Source: Naegleria gruberi
Lineage: Eukaryota
Assembly (NCBI GenBank): GCA_000004985.1
Contig: GG738926.1
Direction: 5' to 3' (one strand)
Length of the DNA: 64,000 nucleotides
Shown: positions 1 through 11,130 of the stretch, one piece after another
How the letters are laid out: each line of letters opens with the position of its first letter
How positions within the stretch are numbered: the stretch's first letter is position 1
The notes under the pieces: generated by a model
What the model was told of the DNA's origin: nothing
Databases searched by the model: none
Seen by the model: the letters and a program-made list of their open reading frames with translations, nothing else
Made by a program: the position numbers and the translations under genes

Positions 1-1565
1 AAAACACTTTCTGGACAGTATGATTGTTTGGCAAATGCCAACAAGATATCAAACATTTTCTTGTCCCTGAGCATCTTGATTAGTGCTCCCTTTTCCACAG
101 TAGTTACTCCTTCCTCTTCTTCTACGTCCTTATTCCTCTTTACTGATCCCTTTTGTTTGGAGTAGACAGAGATTAGCTCTGCAATAGCTCTGACAGCTGG
201 AATGAAACCAGTCACAATATTATCAGTCACAACAGCGAAGAACAAGATGAGCCCGTAAGCAAAATATGCATCCGTTAATGAGCCAACCACTGGTATAAGC
301 CCAGCTATAATATAGGCAACAATCCAGAGAACCCATAATATCAAAACTGTAAAGGTCTCAACTCTAATACGCCAAGTGTCATTGTCTTCACGAAGAGTGA
401 AAATCAAAAGGACTAGAATAGCTACCAAGTATGACAAACCTTGAACAGCAACAGTGATCAAAGTACCTGTTCCTGCACCACAACCATGATTGAATACGAA
501 AAAGTCTGCAGTTACAGTGAATTTAGTGGAATCAGGATAAGAAGAGAGATAGAAGGTTTCTACTAAACCACAAATCAACCAAATGAGCAAATGCAAAAAA
601 CTAAAGACAATTGTGACTGCTAAATAGAACCACCACTTTAAAACGTGTTGAATTCTAACAATTCTAGTTTCCAATGCAATGTATTTTGCTAATTCTTCTT
701 GAGTTACAGTTGAAATGGCATTTGCCAATACACTTTTGTGAAGACCACTTGCTTTTGACATTTGTCTTCTGATACCTTGGTTTGGATCGAGAGAGTTTAG
801 TTTTTCATCAGTAGTGACTCCTCCAGATGAAGTGGAAAGTGAATCATCCATTTCCATAGTGACAGAACCAGCATCTGAATCAGTGTCATCTGAATCCTCA
901 TCGTAAGAGTCTGTATCCGTCACTGTTGTAGTATTGAAGAGGACTATTCCAGAACCAGTTCCTGGACTATCCTCAACATCTGAAACGTTTCCAGAAGATG
1001 TAGATGGTTGTACTTGTACGGTTTCTCTCTTTCTTCTCGGTTCTCCTCCCTTCTTAATGAGACTCTCTTCGAGACGAAACAATTCAACACGAGTCTTATT
1101 CAAACGAGACATCCAAATCAATCTCCACAATCTCAAAAGTGTTGGGAAGAAGACAACCGGAGCAGCAAAGAAATAGGTCAACATGTAGATGAAACAAGGG
1201 AATATTTTACGACCAACAGTCAAACGTAAGATGAAAATAAAAGCAAATAGACCTGTCAAAAGCAATGCACCAATCATGACAGCAACTTCTCTATATTTTA
1301 CAAGAGGAACTTTCCTAGTTTTGATAACTGAAGCAATTGTGAAAACCACAAATATTAGATAAGTGCCCAGAAGAATACCACTGACAGCTTGACTGCTAAC
1401 AGTCTCTGGACAGAGGCCATATTCTTCCTTTTCTGTTCCATTCTTCAAGAGACTGGGATCACAGACACTTGTAGTATTTGTAGATGTGGAATTTGTGGTT
1501 GTTTGTAGAACACTGAGAATGGATATTAACCCTGTTGATATCCAAGAAGAGGGACCCTCGTTCAT
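1..1565 (-). CDS. 7TM receptor-like protein with C-terminal RGS domain (N-terminal part; 3' end runs off the window start)
   Basis: A continuous minus-strand ORF starts at the ATG at 1563-1565 (plus-strand CAT). The N-terminal ectodomain is predicted to be N-glycosylated. Seven hydrophobic helices follow, with a long Ser/Asp-rich loop between TM3 and TM4. The last in-window residues (..KKMFDILLAFAKQSYCPESV) align with the start of the RGS domain of the paralog at 11131..13116. This ORF is absent from the six-frame track because it has no in-window stop. Confidence 0.6.
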   Translation of the reverse strand, partial: MNEGPSSWISTGLISILSVLQTTTNSTSTNTTSVCDPSLLKNGTEKEEYGLCPETVSSQAVSGILLGTYLIFVVFTIASVIKTRKVPLVKYREVAVMIGALLLTGLFAFIFILRLTVGRKIFPCFIYMLTYFFAAPVVFFPTLLRLWRLIWMSRLNKTRVELFRLEESLIKKGGEPRRKRETVQVQPSTSSGNVSDVEDSPGTGSGIVLFNTTTVTDTDSYDEDSDDTDSDAGSVTMEMDDSLSTSSGGVTTDEKLNSLDPNQGIRRQMSKASGLHKSVLANAISTVTQEELAKYIALETRIVRIQHVLKWWFYLAVTIVFSFLHLLIWLICGLVETFYLSSYPDSTKFTVTADFFVFNHGCGAGTGTLITVAVQGLSYLVAILVLLIFTLREDNDTWRIRVETFTVLILWVLWIVAYIIAGLIPVVGSLTDAYFAYGLILFFAVVTDNIVTGFIPAVRAIAELISVYSKQKGSVKRNKDVEEEEGVTTVEKGALIKMLRDKKMFDILLAFAKQSYCPESV

Positions 1566-2950
1566 TTTGGAGTGATGGTTGTTATTATGGTTTAATCCCA
1601 ACGACTATGGTTGTTGTCATAATTGGTATTGGTTCACGAATGAACAGTAACACCCGAATAATTTAGTTGTGAAAATAATTGACAGACAGGCAAGGCAAAA
1701 TAGGTTGATTTCGTTAAGACTTATGGTGTGAAAATCTTCTACTTACAAGTTGATGAACTGCAAACAAGTTAGAGGAGGTGAGTAGTTGAGATTGTCAATA
1801 CAATCGAGTTGATGATTTTTCTTTTGGATTTTCTGCTAGAAGATCGTGAAATGCTTCTCATCGTATGTCCCATCACATAGACAGATATTCTCCATTCTCT
1901 TTATTGTGAAGGACCCAGTGACCAATCATGCAATCATTCGAGTTAGCAAATGCATTATCACTTGTCGCACCACAGGGCATCACCAAAGAAGAATCTACAA
2001 ATTGCTTTGGTTATGCTTTACCATCAAGTCAAAGAGAGAAATGCTAACCAATGAAAGCAACCTTTCGAAGTAGAAATAATCGAGTAGGTGAAGTAATGAG
2101 CAAGTATCTGATTCTTCATCATCGGAAAGAAATGCGCACCTTAAATTACAAGCCTTGACTGGAAGAAGCCTATTCAGGTACCTCCATTAATGGCTCTTCT
2201 TTTCTGGATTCATTATTATTGTAAAGTAAATATCAATTCATTTGTTGTTGTTATTGTAGTAGAGTTGATGTAAGGAAGAAAAAAGTAAATATTGATATTT
2301 TGTTGAGTTGGTTGTTTTCATCATCAAGTAACAGATTTTACAAAGATTGCAAGAAAGGAGATGAAGTGCTCTAGTAGATAACGTTATGATTTGTTTTCTC
2401 ATTTGCCTTCCAAACTAGATAGCTAAGATAAGAGGTTGGTGCAATTCCGATTCCACCACAATAAAAATTCACCACCATATTCACTTCATGATTTGACTCT
2501 GCTTTTTTAATATTTTTTAAGTCTTAACAATTTCTATTTTTCTAACAGAAATTTACAGTTGGCGGCAAAATTCAACAAAAAAATTATTCATATTTAATGA
2601 TAAATTAGATATTTAGATCTTCAAAAATTAGATATTACAGGGTTTACGTAACTACAAGTATTTTGATTGAACAAAGATTTAATACAATCCAATGTTCTCA
2701 TCCAATAACTTGTTGTTACTCCCGAATAGACTCTTGTCGATCTGACTTCATGCAGGCTAAACGAACAAGCCTATCCGAAGAAGGATGAAATTGTGAATAA
2801 GGCCAAAATCGAACGTTGCCAATGAATGGCTCGACGAGGAAACTGTGATAATGCTTTTCCTAATAACCTGATTCGTACATTGACAACTTGTTTCTTGGTG
2901 ATTGTTGACGTCCTCTCCTGCCAGAAAAACACACAAAAAAAACGAGCAAA

Positions 2951-5900
2951 ATGAGATCTCACAACATCATTGGCTGTTTTTTATTTACCCTGCTATTTAT
3001 TATGATTTTTGGCAGCTGGGTTTCCAATGCCGCTGTATCAATAGATGTAAATTATAATATCTACCAATTAGTTGCCTCTTTCTACAATATCAGATCTATG
3101 GACTTTGACAAGCAAAATAATATCCTGTACATTGTCGGCGCTAATAACAAGGTTGTAAAATATACTGCTGCAAGTGGTACGACTGAATATGATGCATCAG
3201 CATATACTCCTTATGGCATTGCTGTCAATTCTACAAGTGCCTATTTTTCAGTATTTAATCCAGCTTCATTAAAAAAGTGGGACGGAGCTGTAGGAACCTC
3301 ATCTTATCATCTCATTATGCCAGGTTCAGTTTCTACATCAGGTTCAGATGATATAGTAGCAAATTCTTCATTGACGACGAAGCCGAAATATATGAGAATA
3401 TCATCAACCACAGGTGATTTATACTTTACGGAAGCATGCAGAGTGAGAAAAATATCAAATGGTATGGTTCGTGCTGTTGCAGGTAAAACTACTTGTACTT
3501 CCTCATCAGGAGATGGTGGTTCAGCCACAAATGCAGAATTTAATGGAGCTCCATATTATATTGCCTTAACACCAGAAGATGATTTACTTGTCATGGATAA
3601 TGTAAATAGACTGAGAAAAGTTAGCAATGGCACAATTACTACAATTCTATCACCTACCTCTTGTAGAGGTCTTGCTGTCGGTACTAATGGAGATATTTAC
3701 ATAATAGGTAAGTAATTGGATAAGAGCAAATTTCAATAATTATTATGTAGATGATCAAGTAGTTAGTAAGGTGAGGAATGGAGTTTCAACCACTATTGCT
3801 GGTGGTGGTGGAACTTCAACGAGCTCTTTTTCCTCAAATGATCCTCTATCATATGGTTTTGCTTATGCAGAACTCAGTGATATTGTCGTTGGTGTGAATA
3901 ATAGTCTTTATTTTGTTGCTGATCAGAAGTTATTCAAATTAGAACCTTATTGCAGTTCAGGTTATGTACTTTCACCTGATTATACTATTTGCTATCCTGT
4001 CTGCTTTAATACAGTAGCAACATCTCAATCAGTGTGCTCTAATTCAAATGGTACCTGTATTGCTCCTGATACATGTTCTTGCAAAGCTGGTTATACTGGT
4101 TCCAAATGTGAAATTCCAATCTGTTACGGATTACTCTCCAATGACACAGCCAATGCTTGCAGTGGAAGAGGATCTTGTGTAGCAAAGGACACTTGTGTCT
4201 GTCAACCAAATTATTCTGGACTTGCTTGTAATATCACTACCTGTTCTTCAATTTCTAGTACCAGTGCAAATGTTTGCTCTAGAAGAGGGTCATGCACTGC
4301 CTATAATACTTGTACTTGTTCGCAAAATTATTATTATGGAACAGATTGTCAAAATACTTACTGTTATTCAATTTCCTCTACTGATTCAAGTGTTTGTAGT
4401 GGACATGGTAACTGCTTAGATTATAATCAATGTTCTTGTTCTTCAAAATGGTATGGTTCCTATTGTAACATCACAGAATGCTTTTCTATGTTAAGTAACT
4501 CTTCAAATGTTTGTTCAGGTGCTGGTACTTGTAATTTGCCAAATAATTGTACTTGTAATGCTGGATATAATGGAACTAATTGTGAAAACTTTGATTGTTT
4601 CGGAGTGTCTGTGAATAGTGGCCAAAGTGCATGTCAACACAATGGAACATGCTCAGGACCTGGAGCTTGCTCTTGCTTGCCAACATACTATGGAAAAATT
4701 TGTGAAATATCAACTTGTTATGGTATATTGAGCAATTACTCTAGTGTTTGTTCAAGTCATGGAACCTGCACAATGTTGAATACTTGTGAATGCAGCCAAA
4801 ATTATTATGGAAATAATTGCAGCTTCCCTATTTGTTATGGAATAACATATGATGATACTAGTGTATGTTCTGCTCGCGGAAAATGTATTGGCGGAAATAA
4901 TTGTAAATGTAATAATGGTTATACTGGAGCTAATTGCGAGCTCAATATTTGTTATGGTGTTAACTCTGACCAATCTAATGTTTGCTCTTCACGTGGTTCA
5001 TGTGGTGCACCTGATTCATGTCAATGTACTAATGGATACAGAGGTCCAAATTGTCAATATGTTGAAATGATAATGGACGCCAAAGCGGCAGTTTTATCTA
5101 CAGCAGTCTCCAACGTAATAGCTTCCTATGCTCCTAAAACAGCAACATCTTGCAGTTCTATTTTCTCCTCAAAGGATTTGACATATCTTGGCTCCTCGGA
5201 AACTGTCAGATGTATTTGGAATCAAAACACATTCAAAATTTATTTAGGCTACAGACACTTTGTTTATGATAATATGACCATGGATATCTTTGGTAATGGC
5301 ATGAATTTCACTTTGCAAGTAGTCTTGACAAAGGCCATACAAGATAGTGCCAGTGCTTCTATTTCCATATTACCTCAACTATCTAAGGTACCAAAAACAG
5401 CAATTATTGTTAAATCTTACTCACCATTTGTTTTCCAAGCTTTTAGAAATACTTCAATTGCTTGGTCTAACTCAGGTAATACCGATATCTCTACATTGCT
5501 TTCAGGAATGAGCAACAAACCAGTGGTAGTCATTCCTTCTACAGAAATAACCTCAGCTTCAACCAAATTTTCCTTAAATGTAACAGGTAAAAACTGGATT
5601 GGTGCCACTTCAACTAGTGCAAAAGTTGATATTGATTATACTGCAGCCTATCCATACTTTGAATTAGTATCGGAGACAAGTGGTAGTCAATTTACTTGTT
5701 CTGGTTTTGACTGTATTATTGAAGTTAATCCGTATGTTACACCAACTCCTACAGTCTATTTTGATGTACCATTCAATGCTCTCAATAGTGGTTCTGGAGA
5801 TTATGTAATTAGATTTTTGAATAGAGTTGGCTCTACCATTCTAAACAGTTACTATGAGGGTTCAATGAAACTTCAAACAACCTCTAGTGCCTTAACCTAT

Positions 5901-8900
5901 ACAATGTCCTACACTGGCTTTGAAGAAGTGCCAATCGTGTTGCTCAATACTGAAAAACAATACTATGGAAACAAACTCACAATTACTGCTTCTTTTATTG
6001 ACCCGATGGTTGAATATTTGTTGAGTAGTAATAGTATTAGTGTTTCATGGTTTTGTTTTAGAGGTACTTCAAAGACTGGTCCTTTTTCTGCCTATGACTG
6101 TACTTCTCAAACTAAGGAATTAATCATTGGAGAATCTAACCTTATTGAAGGATACCATCAATTCCAATTCACAGCCACTTTGACAAATTCAAAAATCACA
6201 TCCGTTACCAAAACAGCAATTGTGCAAGTTGTTAAAACAAATATTCCAGATATTCTCTTTGACTCTGTTCCTCCAGTTTATCCATCATCAAGAAACTTGG
6301 TATTGAATGCAGTTATTTCTTCTTCCACGCAAATCGGTAGCGTTGTGTGGCAAGTAACCAAGGGTAATTTACTCAATGAGAATATTCTTAGTCAATCAAG
6401 TACTCTCTCATTGGATGGATACAATATCAAATCAACTTTGGTTATTGACAAGTCTTATTTATTACAAGGTGATTCTTATACATTCACTGTTACTGCTTCC
6501 AATGGTATTGGCTCTTCAACTGCAGCTGTTTCAACTGTTATTGATGTAGCTCCAAGAATTGCTTGTCAAGCCTATGACGCAGCCATAACCAATTCCGTTA
6601 TCTATGCTTACTCTAGTGATGTGGTAATTGATTGTGCTTCACTCTCTGACTACTCAATTGCTTCCTATCATGTCGATATATATGCCAACTCAACCAGGGT
6701 AATGACAGTATCTAAAACAATGAAAAAGACTTTTATTACAAAGGTACCATACGGTCCAAATGGAAATATCAGACTGGATGTACGAGCTGTAAACAAGATT
6801 GGATCTATTTCATCTGCTTCTATTGATCTCAAGGTTTCTCTTAAAAATACTGATAACACCCTCGCTGGAAGAATTGGATTTGCTAGTTCTGAATATGAAA
6901 GCAACAAAGCAAGCTTTACAAGATTAGAAAGTGTTGTTACTATGCATTCTTTATTGTTACTTATTATTCAACAAAATTCTGTTAGTGAATTTGCCAGTAT
7001 AGACTCTACAGCCAAAACTACTCTCACCACCTTGATAACCAATATGTTAACTACTTTGAGTGGTCTGAAGAGTATTAGTTACAACGCAGATGACAAATTA
7101 GCTCCTGTTTTTATTCCATTTGCAAATGATGCTTACAGGTTACTTGCTGTTATTTCTCCAACTACAGTGGCTTCCAATGCTGATCTACTCACTTGGGTTA
7201 AATTCTTCATAACGTCATTCAATGATTACAAGACATATTATAGATCTACAGTTGTACCTACTATTTACGACTCTAAACACTTGACAGAAATTGATTCCTT
7301 GATAGGTATTGGCGCAAAGTATATTAGTGATAGTAGTTTCAGTCCATTATATAAGGAAACAGCTATTATTTCCAAATTGATTACTGACGTTACCAATTCC
7401 ACAACAACGACAACCTCCACCATCGTGGATTCCAGTGGTACGGAGACAAGATTTGATATTGTTGACAGAATTCAACAACTGAATGCCAAGACAATTACAT
7501 TCGCTAATTATCCTTCAATTTCTATTTCCTTCCCATCAGATTTCTACTCACAACTCGGTGTTGAAAATTCAGGATCAGGAGTAACCCTCACTTCTGCTGT
7601 TTCAACCTCTAAATATTCCCAACTAGTAAGCCCTTCTGTTGATATTTCTCTTTCTACCTCTTCAGACGCTGTTATTTCTGTGAGTGGATTGCAAGGAAAT
7701 TTGATTCAAATCAATTTTGGCACCTTATCACAACCTAAAGCTAACTTTACCAGTTACAATTATACTTGCAGATTCTTGAATACTACCTCATCACAATGGA
7801 GTCAGTCAGGAGTGTCAAGCTCTATTTCCATTTTGTCAGATGATGGCCAAACTGTCACCTTTTCTCTTTCATGTTTAACTTCTCACTTGACTTCTTTCGG
7901 AGTTGTTTCTGCTATCATCCCTCCAACATCACAATCTAAAACAGTAACAACAGATAATACTGGTGTTGTTGTTGGTGCTGTTTTGGGTACACTCTTGCCA
8001 TTGATTTTGATAGCTGTTATTGTTGTCGTAGTGGTGATAATTGTAATTATTTTATACAAGAGAAAGAAATCTCTCGACTCATCACAAGTTCAAAATGTTG
8101 AATTGGTCAATAAGAATGTTTCAAGTGTTCATATTAGTGACTTCCCTTCAGAAGAAAGCACTCACTTTAAGCAATTGGTTAGTGTATCTTCTGGATCTAC
8201 TAATTCTGATCCACTTGCAAGATATGCTGATATGGTAAAGATTGGACAAGGCGCATTCGGAAGTGTGTTCAAAGGTGTTGATACAAAGCAAGCAGGAAAG
8301 TTGAAGGCCATCAAGGTTATTAGATTTAATTCTGTTGGTGAATTGAACAATATGCTCAAAGAAGGAACTATGCTCATGAACATTGATCACCCACATATTC
8401 TAAAAGTCAACGAGTTTATTATTGACAAAGATAACATTCTCTGTATTGACACAGATTTCTGCGAAGATGGTGATTTGACCAAGCTTACTCTTTCTGCAGA
8501 GCCAATCCCAGAACCAATCATCAAACAAGTAATTTATCAAATGTGTTCTGCTTTGGCCTTTATTCACAACAAGCTCAAGATTATTCACAGAGATGTTAAA
8601 CCACACAACATTTTCTTGAAAGAATTGACAGATTTTTCAGTTCAAACAGTTTTGGCTGACTTTGGTCTTGCTAAACAAGATCAAAACAACAGCATGAATT
8701 CATATGCTGGTACACCACTTTGTAAGTTTTTATTTTTAATTATTTAATTAACAACCAATTAAATAGACATGAGTCCAGAACTTGCCCTTGGAGGTAAATA
8801 TAACTATAATACTGACACTTGGTCTCTTGGTGTTGTAGCCTATCAATTAATGACTAAAGATATCACAACTGCTCTAAGTCATTTGTGCTTAACAGGAGAT

Positions 8901-9125
8901 TCAGAAGATACTAAGAAGAGAATTAGAGCCAAATTGGATGAGACTGGTCAATACTCTGAAGCATTGAAAGAGATTGTCATTTCCATGTTAGAAAAAGATG
9001 CTGCATCACGTCCATTTCCTCAAGAATTAGTCGATCGTCCTTTCTTCCAAGATTATAGACCAAAGAAGAAGAAGAATAACATTTTCAGATCCAGTTCTGC
9101 AGGAGAAGATGATATGTATATGTAA
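2951..9125 (+). CDS. Receptor Ser/Thr protein kinase with an NHL-repeat + tenascin-type EGF-repeat ectodomain (about 2030 aa)
   Basis: Exons are 2951..3707, 3751..8721 and 8767..9125. The introns are 3708..3750 and 8722..8766, both GTAAGT...TAG. It opens with a signal peptide (MRSHNIIGCFLFTLLFIMIFGSWVSNA). NHL-like repeats are recognisable (YIVGANNKVVKY, LLVMDNVNRLRKVSNG). About 9-10 repeats follow of the form C-x11-13-C-S-G-x-G-x-C-x5-C-x-C-x2-(Y/F)-x-G-x2-C. A roughly 900-aa S/T-rich ectodomain leads to a TM helix (AVLGTLLPLILIAVIVVVVVIIVIILY). The kinase domain carries GQGAFGSV, AIKVI, HRDVKPHN, DFG and GTPL-Y-MSPE. The Tyr codon of that last motif is split by intron 2. Confidence 0.8.
3990..5060. 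repeat. Tandem array of about 9-10 tenascin-type EGF repeat units (period about 93-99 nt) inside the receptor kinase ORF
   Basis: The protein shows a reiterated motif ...C(Y/F)G..S...S.VCS.(R/H)G.C.....C.C...Y.G..C. The alternate and reverse frames of this Cys-codon-rich array produce the spurious His/Val-rich ORFs in the track. Confidence 0.75.
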
Positions 9126-9225
9126 ACTTATTAAACAAATTTTAATGACCTGTTGATTTCAGTAGATGCATAAAAATTATCCAACACTGGATGAAGAGAA
9201 CCCAGTAATTGCCTTCCTTTATGGA

Positions 9226-10650
9226 CTACTCCTCATCAGAGCTAGGCTCATCAGAGAAATACACTTTATCAAATAATTTTAATCCAGCAGGTGTTGAACT
9301 AATCTCTCCAGATATGGAATTCCTTTTAAAATATGTTTCATGATAGGAAGCAATTTTTCTCAATTTAGGAAAAACATCATTAAACAATAAATTCACTTCT
9401 GTTAAATTAGCAACTTCCAAAGTTGTAAAAATCAATTTTTCAATACCGTTAAATTTACCCCTTATATCCCAATCAAAATTATCAATGTTAATAATTTTAA
9501 GTTGATTGGAAAATACAGAATGTGAAATAAGGTTATACGAATCGTCTGAACCACAATTATCAATCATTAAGGTGGTTAGATTAATCATATTTGGACTGTC
9601 AACAATCATTTTTACACCCTCACTCCCAATATCATTGTTACTGATATCCAAATAAGTCAACTTGGTAATATACTTGCTTTCACATAAATATTTACATGCT
9701 TGTTTAGTACACAAGCCATGATAAATGATAAGACTCGATAAATTACTCATATTTGGGCTATTGGCGATGTCAATTATTCCATCTCCAATTCTACACCCTC
9801 CTAAATTCAAATAGGTCAATTGATTTAAATATTTGCTATTAGCAATTTCCTTACATCCTTCTCTCTCAAAACTATTTGAACATAAATTGAGACTAGTGAG
9901 ATTCTTAAAATGTTCATTCCTTGTTATTGGTTCCATATTTTTTATGTAACTTATTTCTAAACATAAGCTTGTCAATTGAGTTAATTGACCAAAATCCAAA
10001 GCTTCATCAACAAAAATATCATTAATTTCCAAATTTGTTAAATTAGTGAAATATTTTCCATAAGCAAGAGCTTTTAAAATTGACTTATTCGCATTGAAAA
10101 GTGATTCCAATTTCAATATCCGTAAATTTTTACAATTTTCACTATTTGCCAAATATTCAATGCCCTCCCTAATTTCTGATTCTCCAAAATCTAAACGTGT
10201 TAAATTTTTCAAATAAGGACTGGTTGCTATTAATTTACAACATTCATCATCAATTTCATTGGCAAACAATATCAGACTCTTCAAATTGCGCATCTCTTCA
10301 CACTGACACAACTCTCTAATACACTCCAATCCAACAAAATCATCGAGACGATAACAATTACTTGCATCCAATTGAGTCAAATTGGAAAGTAATTTGTTTT
10401 TGAACAATAAATTGTTTAATGTACTTCCTCGGGTGAGTTTAATGGAGAGAGGTAGTTTGCAGCACTGATCAAACCATTGTTTGGAAACGAGTGAACAAAT
10501 TGGAATAATTTCCTTCCTATTATGGAGAAATGGTAAAATATTCAGTAGAATATCATCGTATAATGTGGGGGAGGAGTATTCGTGCATTTTCTTACATTTT
10601 GATGGTGGTTGAACACCAGTACCACTTTCAGCACTAAATATTCTTTTCAT
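9226..10650 (-). CDS. F-box-like / leucine-rich-repeat (RNI-type LRR) protein, 474 aa
   Basis: The single-exon ORF starts at a real ATG at 10648-10650. The N-terminus has an F-box-like motif (ILLNILPFLHNRKEIIPICSLVSKQWFDQ). More than 10 RNI-like LRRs follow (L..L.L..C/N.I.D.G...). It lies convergent with the receptor kinase, with about 100 bp between the two stops. Confidence 0.7.
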   Translation of the reverse strand: MKRIFSAESGTGVQPPSKCKKMHEYSSPTLYDDILLNILPFLHNRKEIIPICSLVSKQWFDQCCKLPLSIKLTRGSTLNNLLFKNKLLSNLTQLDASNCYRLDDFVGLECIRELCQCEEMRNLKSLILFANEIDDECCKLIATSPYLKNLTRLDFGESEIREGIEYLANSENCKNLRILKLESLFNANKSILKALAYGKYFTNLTNLEINDIFVDEALDFGQLTQLTSLCLEISYIKNMEPITRNEHFKNLTSLNLCSNSFEREGCKEIANSKYLNQLTYLNLGGCRIGDGIIDIANSPNMSNLSSLIIYHGLCTKQACKYLCESKYITKLTYLDISNNDIGSEGVKMIVDSPNMINLTTLMIDNCGSDDSYNLISHSVFSNQLKIINIDNFDWDIRGKFNGIEKLIFTTLEVANLTEVNLLFNDVFPKLRKIASYHETYFKRNSISGEISSTPAGLKLFDKVYFSDEPSSDEE

Positions 10651-11130
10651 TTTTTTATTTCAGATAATTAATTTTTAATGAAATGGATTTGATGAGTTCC
10701 CAATTTGGGGTTCTGAACTTGTTATTCAAACTGATGATACACAAACTACAGAAGAATGCTCTGAGAACAGTCATACGATTGTATTCTAAACTATCATACT
10801 CATTAAATATAACAATGCGAAACTCTGAAACACTGGATTTGCAGAGTTTCTTGAAGATCATTCCATTATTTAAATTGCTGCAGTGCCTGTTGATCTATTG
10901 TTGGGCTCAAAGAAGAATAAACAGTTTCGTTTTGTAGTGTATTTCGAATAAATCTTGTTTTCACAATTTAAACTAATGTTAAAGGACTAACTCTCTCAAC
11001 AACTCTTTCTTATTTGAATTGTCCTTTCTCAAAGTGGATGGGGATCAAGATTAGCATCAGCAACATGTCAAACTTTCGAATAAAAAACACTTCAAAAAAA
11101 TAGCGCAACCACAAGTTCATCTCTGTAGCC

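Noticed and set aside
934-1229. Plus-strand ORFs 934..1176 and 1008..1229
   Set aside because: They lie antisense to the long minus-strand 7TM-RGS ORF (1..1565), which has the coherent TM and domain structure.
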